The position numbers and the translations under genes were made by a program. A stretch of 64,000 nucleotides of DNA, from assembly GCA_030167865.1 (NCBI GenBank), contig JALAGF010005825.1, forward strand, positions 1 through 64,000. Direction: 5' to 3'. Shown one piece after another: positions 31,401 through 42,195 of the stretch (position 1 is the stretch's first letter; each line of letters starts with the position of its first letter). Source of the DNA: Craspedostauros australis. Lineage: Eukaryota. The notes under the pieces are model-generated. The model was not told the origin of the DNA, searched no databases, and saw nothing but the letters and a program-made list of their open reading frames with translations.

Positions 31401-34400
31401 AGGCGAGAGGGTCATTCAGCTCGGCTGGACATTCTCAGAAACTCAAGCGCTTCCAAGATGCTAAATCACCATCGACTTCCGACGACGATGAGGACTCGCA
31501 GCAGCAACAGAAGAAACCATCCGTACTCAAACTTTCAAAGCAGAATGGTACGCACGGATACAAGTCTGCATGCATGTATGGTATCTGTTGTGTTGACTGC
31601 GCTGCTTGAGACTTGCAGAACATCGAGCGTCTTCATACGCCTGGTGCTCGCGCACGCTCGGGGAGCATTGGAACTCACGGATGATCATTTTATCTTCTTT
31701 ATCGTTGCCATCTCGGCATGTGCTACTTCCACTGCTCCACTGCGACACAACGCACCAACTGCAACGCACCAACTACAACGCACCATGCCGCGCCATGCAA
31801 TCTCGCACCGTCGTCCCTACAAATGCACACTCGTAGGCAAACGCATCAGAAATCCACATCGGTTGTCTAACGCCGCCATAACACCAAAGATCAAGCACCC
31901 AGCAGACGTGAAGAAATCTCTCTCCTCCACCAAGAAGAAAGGCAACAAGATACGGATGCCTTGCGGTACGTATTGTTACTGGCGATGCACCATGTCTTTG
32001 GCTGTTGCATGATGGTGTTTGATTCTTGCATGTTCGACTCGGGTTGTTCGACACTCAGGCTGATCGCTGCGTGGGGAGCTCATTCCAATTGCATCAAGCT
32101 TGACTGACGGATCCATCCTTGCGATGGAGACAATCAAACACCCTTCAAATTCTCATAACGTGCGTGTCTGCTCTGACGAACTCTGCTCTACTCTATGATG
32201 TAATGACATACAATACCAACAGTTGGGAATGGTTTCATGGCCACATGTCGCGAATCGGCGGGTGGTCGACCCGTATCTCCTCCACCAGTGAATGCATCGA
32301 AGGCAGCCCAGCGCCAGCCAACCACTCCAGAACCTACACATCACAACACCAGTAGCAAACCTGCACAGAAGCAAAACAACAACAACACGATCACCATCGA
32401 TTCGAGCGATGATGAGACCGGTGATGCCAACCTTGACGAAACCCTTGCGCAGCTTCACAGAAACAAATCACAGATACCACTGAAACGGCTAGCTATCGGC
32501 GCGGACGTGCATATGACGGACTGCAAGGTGTTGCTGGATCGTGATGAAGGGATATTGAAAATCACGTTCGCGAAGAAAGTTGAGGAGACGGGGACGCAGA
32601 GAACCAGGGCACGAAGATGCAAGGCAAAGAAGATGGAATTCAAAACAATAGTCCTGGACATTCCGTTGGTGGCCAAGACAAAGAAGCTTCAGTCGTACCA
32701 GGACATCTTGGTGGATCTAAAATTCAACGCGTACAGCGCGAGCAGCAGCGATGAATCCAACAAACCCCCTTCCGAGAGTGACTCGAACAGCATCAAAGAC
32801 TCCGATCAAAGCGGAAAGGCAAGCGCTGAGGTTGATCCTATGAAGACGGAGAAGAGCAAGAAGAGGAAGGGCGGGCGTTCGGAGACAAGCGACATGGTCA
32901 ACGTGATCGTGATGAGATTCTCGATGGGTTACCTCATGGATGCATGCGAGGTGAATGGGTTGGATCAGAACGATGAACGTGCAACACATGACCAGATTGG
33001 TCTCGAATTCAAAAATGCCGAGGATCTGCACAAGCTCCGGCATGCGATGGTGCAGATGGAGCAAGTGGGCGAGGCAATGGCAGGGGAAGAGTCTCAGATG
33101 ATGGCGGGGGATATGCTTGATTATGCCCCCCTGTTCCTGAGGGATGACATGTTCATTGACTCAACAGATGATCTGTCGCCAGAGAAGCGCAAAGGCCGAG
33201 GCACTTACTCGTCGATGAGGGATGATCACGTGCTGATGGAATATCCCTTTGCTTGTGACTCGGAGCTGCTGGAGGCAGTGACAGAGTCGTTTGACGATGC
33301 GAAGGCGCATCACACAAGTGTCGAATCAGATACCGAAGCAACCAATCTCGCTGTATCAAGGGTCACTGGAGTCCGGGATTCGACGGAGAGCAAGAGCCGA
33401 GGCCACTACGTCACAATCCGCGTCATGGACTACGAGAGGCTAGATCCGGAAAAGTACCTCAATGACTCATTGATTGACTTTTGGATGCAATGGTAAGTGT
33501 GCAGGCGAATATGCTGCGGAAATACGAGGATGGCCCGAACCCTCGCGGGATGATGCTGTCTATTTGATTTCAGTTCGATTTATGGGTGTCGCCGTTGATG
33601 TCAACATTCATTCAGCAACTCGATCTTCAACAGCGGCAGCCTTCTTGACGCGTGACTTGCGCCTTCCAATCTTCGCGAGCCAACGATCTCACCGGTGGCT
33701 CATTGTTTGATCGTCTTCTGCTCTTTGTGAACGTATAATACCATGCTTACCGCATGTTCGTGCATCTTGACCGTGTCCGAATGGTTGTCGGCTTTGCAGG
33801 ATCTCGAGGCACGAACCGAAGAACTCCACGCGGTTTCATTTCTTCACGTCCCACTTCTTCACCAAGCTCATGAAGGATGGCTACCAAGCGGTGCAGTCTT
33901 GGACGGCGAAGCGGGGCATCAACATCTTCGAGAAGAAAATGATCTTCCTGCCTGTCAACCGTCGCTACCATTGGTCGTTGTGCGTGGTGATCAATCCAAG
34001 CCACATCCTTGGAAGAAGCAAGGGTACCGAACGGCCCGATGATCCGTACCCTTGCCTCATCTTTTTGGACTCATTGAAGATCCACAAAAAGGACATGGTT
34101 CACCGCCATGTGTTGAAGTGGCTGAACGCGGAATACAATCGCATGAACAGCATCCCGGATGACACGGAGCCGATTTTCACGAAGGCCAACTTCCCGGTGC
34201 TGTGTCCGAAAGGTGAGTTGATTCTTGACACGTCTTGTTGTGGAGAGACCGACTTGACAGAGATGTTCGTTCGGAATGCCCAGAGGGCTTGGAGACAGTC
34301 GCACTCCATTCGGCGGTTGTCTCACGCGCAACGTTTTTTGTTTCCTCACGCCAACCATGCTCGTACGCTCGTCGCCTACACAGTTCCCATCCAGACCAAC

Positions 34401-35195
34401 GGGTGGGATTGTGGCATCTTCGTCTGCAAGTACGCGGGCGCCATGTTCAAGCTGCGGGATAAGAATTTCAGCAGGTTGGCCGCAGGGATCGTCGACGAAC
34501 CGCCCCAATCCAAAGCGCCAGCCAACAACGCCGCCCAGGATTCCCATGTTCCCATCAGTTCCAAACCGCGCGAAGCTCGGCGCATAGCATCCCCGTTCCA
34601 AGAGTTGATAGTGAACAGCGAGCACTTTGACTTCAACATGGATCACATTCATGAGTTTCGGGACAAGTTCGCTGCGATGCTGGTGAAACTGTCGGACCTG
34701 TACGCCGGGATGAAGCAAGGGGAGAAGGCGAAGAAGAACACCACGGAAGATAAAGAACACGTCAGCACAGGCCCGCACGAAGAAGTTGCTGTTGCCAGCC
34801 GCAACATCACAACACCCATCAAGTACGCCGACGCCGATGACGACCCGATGGAGGGAGTGGAATTGACGGATGTTGACGATCGCAACAAGCCCGTGGTCCA
34901 CGATCTCGTGCAGGCATCGCCGCCGGTGGACACAGGTCTCGTCGTGCAAACCGGAGCCAATCTGGGCGTTGTCGTGGCCGTGATCCCCGTTGCCACACCC
35001 ATCGAGCGCCGCAGCAATCCGGGCATCGCCGCGATCAACCGCGCCGCCGCAATCAAGCCGATCGACATGACGGAAAGTCCGATGGAGCAACCCATTCCAC
35101 GCAAGCGCGGGTTGGCGCAGAAGCAAGTCAATGATGCAAACGGTGGCGCAGTGCGAGGTGGCGTCTATGGGGATGTCGAAACTGCGGACGTGTGA
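28484..35195 (+). CDS. Ulp1/SENP family (peptidase C48) SUMO protease, SENP6/7/Ulp2-like; 5 exons 28484-31547, 31837-31965, 32223-33492, 33800-34212, 34384-35195 (~1895 aa)
   Basis: YLNDSLIDFW, HFFTSHFFTKL, YHWSLCV (His), FLDSL (Asp), QTNGWDCG (Gln/Cys). All four GT-AG introns give phase-consistent joins. Linking exons 1-2 to the rest is inferred. Confidence 0.82.
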
Positions 35196-35394
35196 TGCAA
35201 GCTGTCATGTAATAGGTCGTACGAGTAACGAATTGCATCGTGCTGGCGTGGTAACACCGTCCCATTGCTATGCAATAATAGAATGCATTCGAGACTGTCA
35301 GGGAGTTGTTGTTGTTGTTGCTCTTATGATTGTGTGTGTCTATGATGGAACATGTATGGTATGGTGTGGTATGGTATGGTGGAGTGTGGCCTTT

Positions 35395-35886
35395 TTAACG
35401 CCGCACGATCATGTGCAGAACGCAAAGCACCGCGAGAACCGTGACGTGCAACGACGACGACGTCGCGCTGGCCGACGTGGGCGCCATGGTGGGCGCACGC
35501 GTGTCGCCGTTATCAAAGATGTTGAACTCCCCGTTGCACGTGCCGTCGCAGGAGAAGGTCTTGCAGGGACCCACGATGGGCTGGTCACATTCGAAGGCGT
35601 AGCCGACCTTGGGCGTCGGATCGAGGGGACACGCGTAGCAGTTGCAGTTGATGGGCTTGCCGTCGCGACCGCGGCGTTGTTCGCCCTCCGTGAGGATGGC
35701 CGTGGTGCAGTTGCAGACGCCGTTCTGGGAGGCCTGGATGAAGTTGGATTGCAGGACGGCGTCGAAGGGGCACGAGACGTCCGCGTTGAGGTACGTGACT
35801 TCGCCGGAGTAGGAGACGGAGATGTCGCCTGGGCAGATGTTGTAGTCGCCGTTGATCATGCACAAGTTCTCGGATGTGCCGGCCAT
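35395..35886 (-). CDS. Small Cys-rich protein with Thr/Ser linker and hydrophobic GPI-signal-like C-terminus
   Basis: 163 aa from ATG 35886, Cys-rich with good codon bias, ends TRAPTMAPTSASATSSSLHVTVLAVLCVLHMIVRR; no N-terminal signal peptide visible. Confidence 0.7.
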   Translation of the reverse strand: MAGTSENLCMINGDYNICPGDISVSYSGEVTYLNADVSCPFDAVLQSNFIQASQNGVCNCTTAILTEGEQRRGRDGKPINCNCYACPLDPTPKVGYAFECDQPIVGPCKTFSCDGTCNGEFNIFDNGDTRAPTMAPTSASATSSSLHVTVLAVLCVLHMIVRR

Positions 35887-35887
35887 G

Positions 35888-35958
35888 GTTGTGTTTGTGT
35901 TTGTGTTTGTGTTTGTGTTTGTGTTTGTATTTGCTTTGACTTTGACTTTGACTTTGAG
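35888..35958. repeat. Compound microsatellite (GTGTTT)n-(TTTGAC)n immediately upstream of the 35886 ATG
   Basis: Direct inspection. Confidence 0.9.
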
Positions 35959-36746
35959 TGGAGCTGCGTATGCTTTGGATGAAAGGCGCAAGCGAATTCG
36001 CAAGGAGGAAATCAAGGAAGGAAATGGATTCTGCGGTCGTTCGCTTGGTCAACGTGCGATTCTTGGTGCTGACAAGAGTATTCGTACACTCTTTGTGTGG
36101 TCTGCGTGTGTGTGCGTGTGAGTTGCTGCTCTATTTGATGCCCCTTTGAGTTGGTCTGATGTGAACGGTCCAATGTGAAGTCTCTTCTGATGCAAGGATG
36201 GAGCTGCGAATGCAATGAGTAGTCGTATGAGTTGCGAACAACATGCCGAGTGAGGAGACGGTGGAGGTGCCATCCTGTTGTTGCTTGTTGCGTTGCCGCT
36301 CTCGTGTTCCGTCGCGATGCCGTGTCTGTGCAAGAAGAGGGAAGGCGCAAGAGAGCCAAAGCAAAAATCGCAAGATTGAGAAAGTCATTCCGTCTTAACA
36401 CAATTGTGCGATGCGACAAGCACTGAGACATGTTGCAGACTTGGTTGGGCCTCAACGAGATGTATGCAATGTAATTATGTATTCGCCGCAGCCTCTGAAG
36501 CACGATTCGCCTGACTCAAACTCATCGAAACACGATCAAGAAACAGAACTACCAAATCAACGCAGGTCACCAATTCGAGAATCACCACCGTTGCTCTCGT
36601 CATCTGCCTCTGCGATCTCATTCAATTGTCATGTCATTCATCCCATCGCATCCCATTGCATCGTCCTCTGCAAAAGAATATAACAGATCGTATAATAGAT
36701 CAGAAAGAACAACCCAGCACATTCCCAGCACGGTCAAGAAGCAAAG

Positions 36747-38261
36747 ATGAACGCCATTTACGGAATGATCCAGAACCAGATGCAGCGGCAGAGGATGAGG
36801 CGACGCAGCAGCAGAACACGCAGCTCTGGAGCGGATGCGGACATCATCGAGCCATCCGTCGTCATCACCTCCGCGCGACGAGCGTCGTCGTCTTCCATGC
36901 TGCTTCCATCCGCTTTGCGCCCACCGTCCAGATCGCGACGTTCCCGCAGCGACGGCAGCAGCCAATCGACGACGACAGCGCCCAAACCATTCCTCTTCGA
37001 AATGTGCAAACGCTGGGCATGGGAAGTCGTGCAGCATCGCTGTCAGACGCATCCGCACGAAGCGCACCACTCGATCGTCGATCACAACGGCGACACGGCC
37101 CTGCATCTCGCCCTCATTGGCAATCCGCCCGTGCAGACCATCGAGGCCTTGCTGCAGGCCTGTCCCAACTTGGCACGCACGACCAATCACAAGCGCCAAT
37201 ATCCCCTGCGTGTCGCCGCCTCGTACCGCGCCTCGAGTGCCGTCCTGCGCTGCATCGTGCGACGCTATCCCGAGGCCTGCAACTTGCCCGATCATCGTGG
37301 ATCGTATCCGCTGCATATCATGTGCGATTATGGTTGCACGGCCGATGCGGTGCACGCCATCTTGGAATGCAAGGAGGGCAGGCTGTCGGCCAACAAGGTC
37401 GACGCCATCTACAAGCGCACGCCGCTCAAGATATTGCATCAGCGTCAGAATCTTGCGGAGTTTCATGATATGCTCAAGTTGTTGCGGGAGGTGCGGGAAC
37501 GGCAGCGGGATCTTGCGGCGGAGCTTGCTGGCATCAACGGCGTTGGCGCGGTCCACGACGACAATCGCAGCATGCGCGTTCTCAGGAAACAGGAGGAGCT
37601 GGACGAGCTGGCGCAGTGCGTCGCGGACTTGGCCGAGAAGGAGTACTGGAAGAAGGTCAAGGCGCTCATCAATGCCGCCATCGTCTATGGCAACACCTAC
37701 TTTCATCATGTGTCCAGCGACGCGGTCGTCGATGAGACTCACGAGTTGCAGCAGGATCAACTCACACCACCACGCAACAACGCCGACAACTACACAACCG
37801 CCCACGCCTGCCTCTTCACCAAGCACTGTCCTTCCTCGCTCCTCGAATTCGCCCTCCTCATGTGCTACGACGACCTGCTGCAACCCGATCATCACGGCAA
37901 TCTGCCCATCCATCTCGCCATCCAACTCACGGCATCGTCGGAGACCTTCACGCCCTTCTTCACGTCCAAGATCGCCAGCGACATGGTGCGCATCTGTCCC
38001 GACTGCGCTTTTCATGACGACCCGCTGCGGTACGCCCTGCAGCACGATCACAACAAGTACCTGTCGTGGTGTCCCGTCCTCTTTCAACTGTGGGTCGCCA
38101 ATCCTGTGGCGCTCGATGCCATCGACGATCGCTTGTGGCCGCATCTCTGGGCCAGGTTGGCCGTGCGCAAGCCGGATCGACAACAGTCACCTGACGTCTT
38201 GCGCAACGCCCTCTACACATCCATACGCGAGAATCCGCATCTCTTTCAGGCGGGTGCATAA
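36747..38261 (+). CDS. Ankyrin-repeat protein
   Basis: DHNGDTALHLA, QYPLRVA, DHRGSYPLHI, KRTPLKIL, DHHGNLPIHLA. Confidence 0.85.
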   Translation: MNAIYGMIQNQMQRQRMRRRSSRTRSSGADADIIEPSVVITSARRASSSSMLLPSALRPPSRSRRSRSDGSSQSTTTAPKPFLFEMCKRWAWEVVQHRCQTHPHEAHHSIVDHNGDTALHLALIGNPPVQTIEALLQACPNLARTTNHKRQYPLRVAASYRASSAVLRCIVRRYPEACNLPDHRGSYPLHIMCDYGCTADAVHAILECKEGRLSANKVDAIYKRTPLKILHQRQNLAEFHDMLKLLREVRERQRDLAAELAGINGVGAVHDDNRSMRVLRKQEELDELAQCVADLAEKEYWKKVKALINAAIVYGNTYFHHVSSDAVVDETHELQQDQLTPPRNNADNYTTAHACLFTKHCPSSLLEFALLMCYDDLLQPDHHGNLPIHLAIQLTASSETFTPFFTSKIASDMVRICPDCAFHDDPLRYALQHDHNKYLSWCPVLFQLWVANPVALDAIDDRLWPHLWARLAVRKPDRQQSPDVLRNALYTSIRENPHLFQAGA

Positions 38262-38314
38262 ACATTGCATATGTACCAGTGCTCCACATAATACTACTAC
38301 TCGCATTCATTAAT

Positions 38315-40891
38315 CTAGTCTAACGTCATCAACTCTTCCAAACACATTTGCAGAAGCATGCGCTGCGCTGTCTCACCGCCATTCTCTTCCAAATTCCCCA
38401 AAAAGGATTCGCTCTGCACCACCTTCCCGAACTCCTCCAGGATCGTGCGCAGCGCTGCGCGTCGCAACATCATCAACGATGCATCCGCCGTCGCGATGCG
38501 CTGCGACACTTCCTGCGCCGTCGTCCAACATTCCAATGGCAATTCTATGGGATTTGACGCCAGTTGCACAGCGCAGTGCTGGATCAATTCCAAATACAGG
38601 TATTCTTCGCCGATCCAGATCAATTCCAACAGATCCGCCGTCGCATCGAGCATGCCGTGCTGCATGTATTGCAACATCCATCGCAGGTGGTGCGAGGCGA
38701 TATCGAGCCGTTGCGTCGTGTCTTGGGAGAAGCGAATCAACGCCGCGAATTTCTCGCTGGCTTGTATCAGCATGGTCGTCTCGATGTCGTCGAAGACCAT
38801 GCCGTCGTTGGCGATGAGTCGGATCGTTGGCGCGTTGGCCGCAGTTTTGCGGGGCGGTGTTGCCGGGCGGGTCTGTGGTTGCTGCGGCGGGCTCTTCCAT
38901 TCCACGATCCGTTTGGACTCCATACACTGCTTCAAATGCTGCACCGAATACAATTGCGCATCGTGGCGATACAAGACAATGGCGTAATCGAACAATGCCT
39001 CGTCCAGCATGCTGTGAATCAGCGCGTGCGTCATGGCGTCGTTCTGCTCTTTCGTTTCTTTCTGTTCCAACGATCGAAAGAACGATTCGGGCTGCTTCTG
39101 CAAGACGGGATCCTTGCGCCGCGTGGATTGGATCCATTGCAATCGTTGTTTGCCGCACTTGAGGATGGTGCGCAGGACATCGATTGGGACGCGCGCTTGG
39201 ATGGCCGCAAGCACGGGATTGGTGTCGGCGTCGAACGCATTGGCGCCCGCGTGGATCAGCAAGGCGACGAGATTGGACTGCATGTCGTGATTGTGGCAGC
39301 TGGAACACAAGGCGCTCGTGAGATCGTAGCATTGGCCATCGCGAAACTCCAACAACAGCTCCACCATTTCGACGTTGCCGACCTTGGCGGCCCATGACAA
39401 CGGGCACGTCCGATTGGCGGTGGTTTGCGACCGGCCCGATGTGTATTTGTGATTCCTCGGATGATTGCCGCGCCACAAAATCATGGCCAGGGCCGTGTCC
39501 GTCGCGTTGGCCGAAATGGCCGCGAGCAACGGCGTCTGCTGCTGGGCATCGGGAATCTGCAGCAGCTTGTCCAACAATGCTTGCGGGCAGTGCTTCAGAA
39601 AGACTTGCGGCAGCTCGACGTACCCGCTGGCGCAGGCCAGATGCAACGCCGTGCTGCCATCCGCGTTGGTTTGCGACAGGATCTTGTAGAGCAGTTGCTG
39701 TTGCGTTTTGGCCGCGCGCTCGCGCAGGATCGTCACGATCAAGTATTTGAGCAACTCGACTTTCCCAGCGACGTTGTCGTCGACGTGGCAACAGACATGA
39801 AAGAGGTTGGCGCCGTCGTCGTTGCGAATGGCAAACGTTGTGGCGCTGCGACGCGATGATCGCTCAAGATGGGGCACGATGTACGCGAGGCAATCCGCAT
39901 GTCCCAGCCGCGCCGTGAGGAACATGGCATCGACGATGTCCTCGAATGCGGGGTCGTGCTGTTTCAACGATTTGGCCAGCATCGCCACGTCGTTGAGTTG
40001 GATGGCGTCCGCCATGCCGATCGCGTCTGGTTGGGGCTTGGGGATGGCAGGAAGGGGCTCGCGTATGACAGGGATACTCGCTGTCTTTTCTTTTTGTTCC
40101 TTCGGCACATCGAACACGATCGGCGCATGGTAATGCTTTTGAACCGAATGATGCAGATCTTTACGAAATTCGAATCGCCGCAACGACTCCCAGAATCGAT
40201 CTCGCAATTTGTTCATCGGAATCTTCTTGCGCAGTTTGATTTCAACGGGAGGTGGTGGATTGCTATCCGCAACGGCGGGTGGTTGCTGCTGCGGTTTCGC
40301 GGCGGTCAACGCAGTGAGACCAAGCTGTTTCTGCAGTTGATGGAATGCATCTTCTTTGCGTTCCGCCTTCGTTGCCGTCCTCTTGACCATGTTGGCGTAA
40401 TCGTTGCGTTGGACGACGGGTCGAGCGACGGCCAAGGCAGGAAACTGTTCCATGGATGCCTCGTGCTCTTGCGTGGCCAAGCGTGTGGCCAATCGATAAT
40501 CCTCCTGCATCTGTTTGGAAGCGGCATTCCGCTTTCTGTGGTTGTGCTGGCGCGGCTGATGTGACTTGGAATGGGAGTTGTTGCGTCTGCCGTTGTGTCT
40601 GCCGTTGCGTTGTCGAGCGTTGGCGTCTTGATCATGTGGAGAGGCTTTGGTGCCTTGATTCTGTGGCTTGGTCTTTCGTCTGCCATTCTGTTGCTTCTTT
40701 CCCTTATTCCTCTGCTGCTGCCTTTGATGCCTTTGATGCCGTTGATGCCTGCCATGCCCATCAGCCTTGCGCCTCGCAGGAGTTCTGTGAGAGGACCCAT
40801 CGTCATTCACGGACGTCTCAGCAAGCTGCTGTTCATGATGCTGCGATTGTCCAGGAACGAAGGTGGTGGCATTCACATTCAACTTTGGCAT
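38315..40891 (-). CDS. PAM2-motif, ankyrin-repeat and BTB/POZ-like domain protein
   Basis: N-terminal PKLNVNATTFVPG (PAM2-like); ankyrin motifs DGSTALHLAC, QQTPLLAA, CPLSWAA; C-terminal IRLIANDG...LIQASEKFAAL...MLQYM.HG...LELIWIGEEYLYLELIQHC resembles BTB. Confidence 0.8.
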   Translation of the reverse strand: MPKLNVNATTFVPGQSQHHEQQLAETSVNDDGSSHRTPARRKADGHGRHQRHQRHQRQQQRNKGKKQQNGRRKTKPQNQGTKASPHDQDANARQRNGRHNGRRNNSHSKSHQPRQHNHRKRNAASKQMQEDYRLATRLATQEHEASMEQFPALAVARPVVQRNDYANMVKRTATKAERKEDAFHQLQKQLGLTALTAAKPQQQPPAVADSNPPPPVEIKLRKKIPMNKLRDRFWESLRRFEFRKDLHHSVQKHYHAPIVFDVPKEQKEKTASIPVIREPLPAIPKPQPDAIGMADAIQLNDVAMLAKSLKQHDPAFEDIVDAMFLTARLGHADCLAYIVPHLERSSRRSATTFAIRNDDGANLFHVCCHVDDNVAGKVELLKYLIVTILRERAAKTQQQLLYKILSQTNADGSTALHLACASGYVELPQVFLKHCPQALLDKLLQIPDAQQQTPLLAAISANATDTALAMILWRGNHPRNHKYTSGRSQTTANRTCPLSWAAKVGNVEMVELLLEFRDGQCYDLTSALCSSCHNHDMQSNLVALLIHAGANAFDADTNPVLAAIQARVPIDVLRTILKCGKQRLQWIQSTRRKDPVLQKQPESFFRSLEQKETKEQNDAMTHALIHSMLDEALFDYAIVLYRHDAQLYSVQHLKQCMESKRIVEWKSPPQQPQTRPATPPRKTAANAPTIRLIANDGMVFDDIETTMLIQASEKFAALIRFSQDTTQRLDIASHHLRWMLQYMQHGMLDATADLLELIWIGEEYLYLELIQHCAVQLASNPIELPLECWTTAQEVSQRIATADASLMMLRRAALRTILEEFGKVVQSESFLGNLEENGGETAQRMLLQMCLEELMTLD

Positions 40892-41310
40892 CGATCTCCC
40901 ACTTGATTCGTCGATTCTATGTGCGCTTGTCCTCTCTTCGAATACCTGTGCGATCTTCTTGTCCGATGCTCTTCAGAGCACCGCAGGAATCTCACGTGCG
41001 TGTGGTGGTCCACAATGCGTTTGTCATCTTTCTTCGTGTGGTTTCGTTGCTTTTCGTTTCATTTCATTTTTGTGGTCACAATGTGACAAAATCCGTGAAT
41101 GGATATTGCTCGTGACTGTTGAATTGCAGGCTTTGGATACGGACCTAGAGAGCGAGACTGCTGGCTCCAATACAACAGAAAAAGAAGAGCACGGATCGAG
41201 CATCTGCAACCACGACGCTGCTTCTCAACTCCTGTCGGGTCTACTCAGCACAGAGCGAATACATCGATATATAACTCACTATCAATTGCGGTGACGTAAT
41301 ACAATGGGGC

Positions 41311-42195
41311 CTACACCTGCACAACCAGGACATCATCTTCGTCCTTTTTGATCTCTGATTCTGTCGTTGCTTCGGACGACAACATTTGTTTCGTTTCGTC
41401 GTGATGCAGTTCTGCTTCCTGCTCAGAAGCGACTGGTTCTGCATCTTTGTGGAACGCTGCACGCGCCTTGCAGTACAATGCCACGAATATCCATGCGCCG
41501 ACTACCATTGCCACCGACGGCACGAAGCTGTTGCCACAATTCTGGCACGGCACATCGCCCGATGGACTCAAGTACCGCGTGTTGAGCACGGTGGAACTAC
41601 GGTAGGAAAGACTGTGCGTCATGTCCTCCTCGATCTGTTGGTACATCTTGCTGTCGTCTTGGGCGAAGCAATCGGTCTGGAGGCTCAGATTCGTCTCCAA
41701 AATGGCACAATGTTTGACGCCGGAGTGGCTCGTTGCGCATGTATCTACGGCGTCCAGTTGTTGATGATGCAAAATTGGGAAGTGAGTGAACGATGATACA
41801 ATATCAACAAATGCAACTTCGTTCATCCCTCCTTGTGGAAATCACACAAACGAACAAATCAACTCACCGATCAAGACGGTCTGCGCTGAAACGCGCTGCG
41901 ATGTCTCGTCCATGCGATCGCAGGCGATTGCAGTGTGTTTGGGACAGGAACGCATTACGGCGGCCGTCGCTGACTTGCAGATCGCAACTTCCAACTCAGC
42001 TGCGGGAACTTGCGTGGTCGTGCTTTCCACGACATACTTCACTTTCAATTTGGAAACTGATGCGTGGCGCGGCATGCAGGATGGCGCAGGCGCCGTGCGG
42101 TCTTGTGCAATTTCCGGGAATTGCGACGGCAACGATGTGGACATCGACATGGACAGATCCATCTCAATTTGCAATGGGTACATCTCACTGTCCAT
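41311..42195 (-). CDS. Hypothetical single-pass membrane protein, 2 exons (42195-41868, 41744-41311); 5' end uncertain
   Basis: ORFs 41842..42303 and 41311..41826 join in frame through GTGAGT...CGTAG; TM segment VPSVAMVVGAWIFVALYC followed by an acidic tail. Confidence 0.55.
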
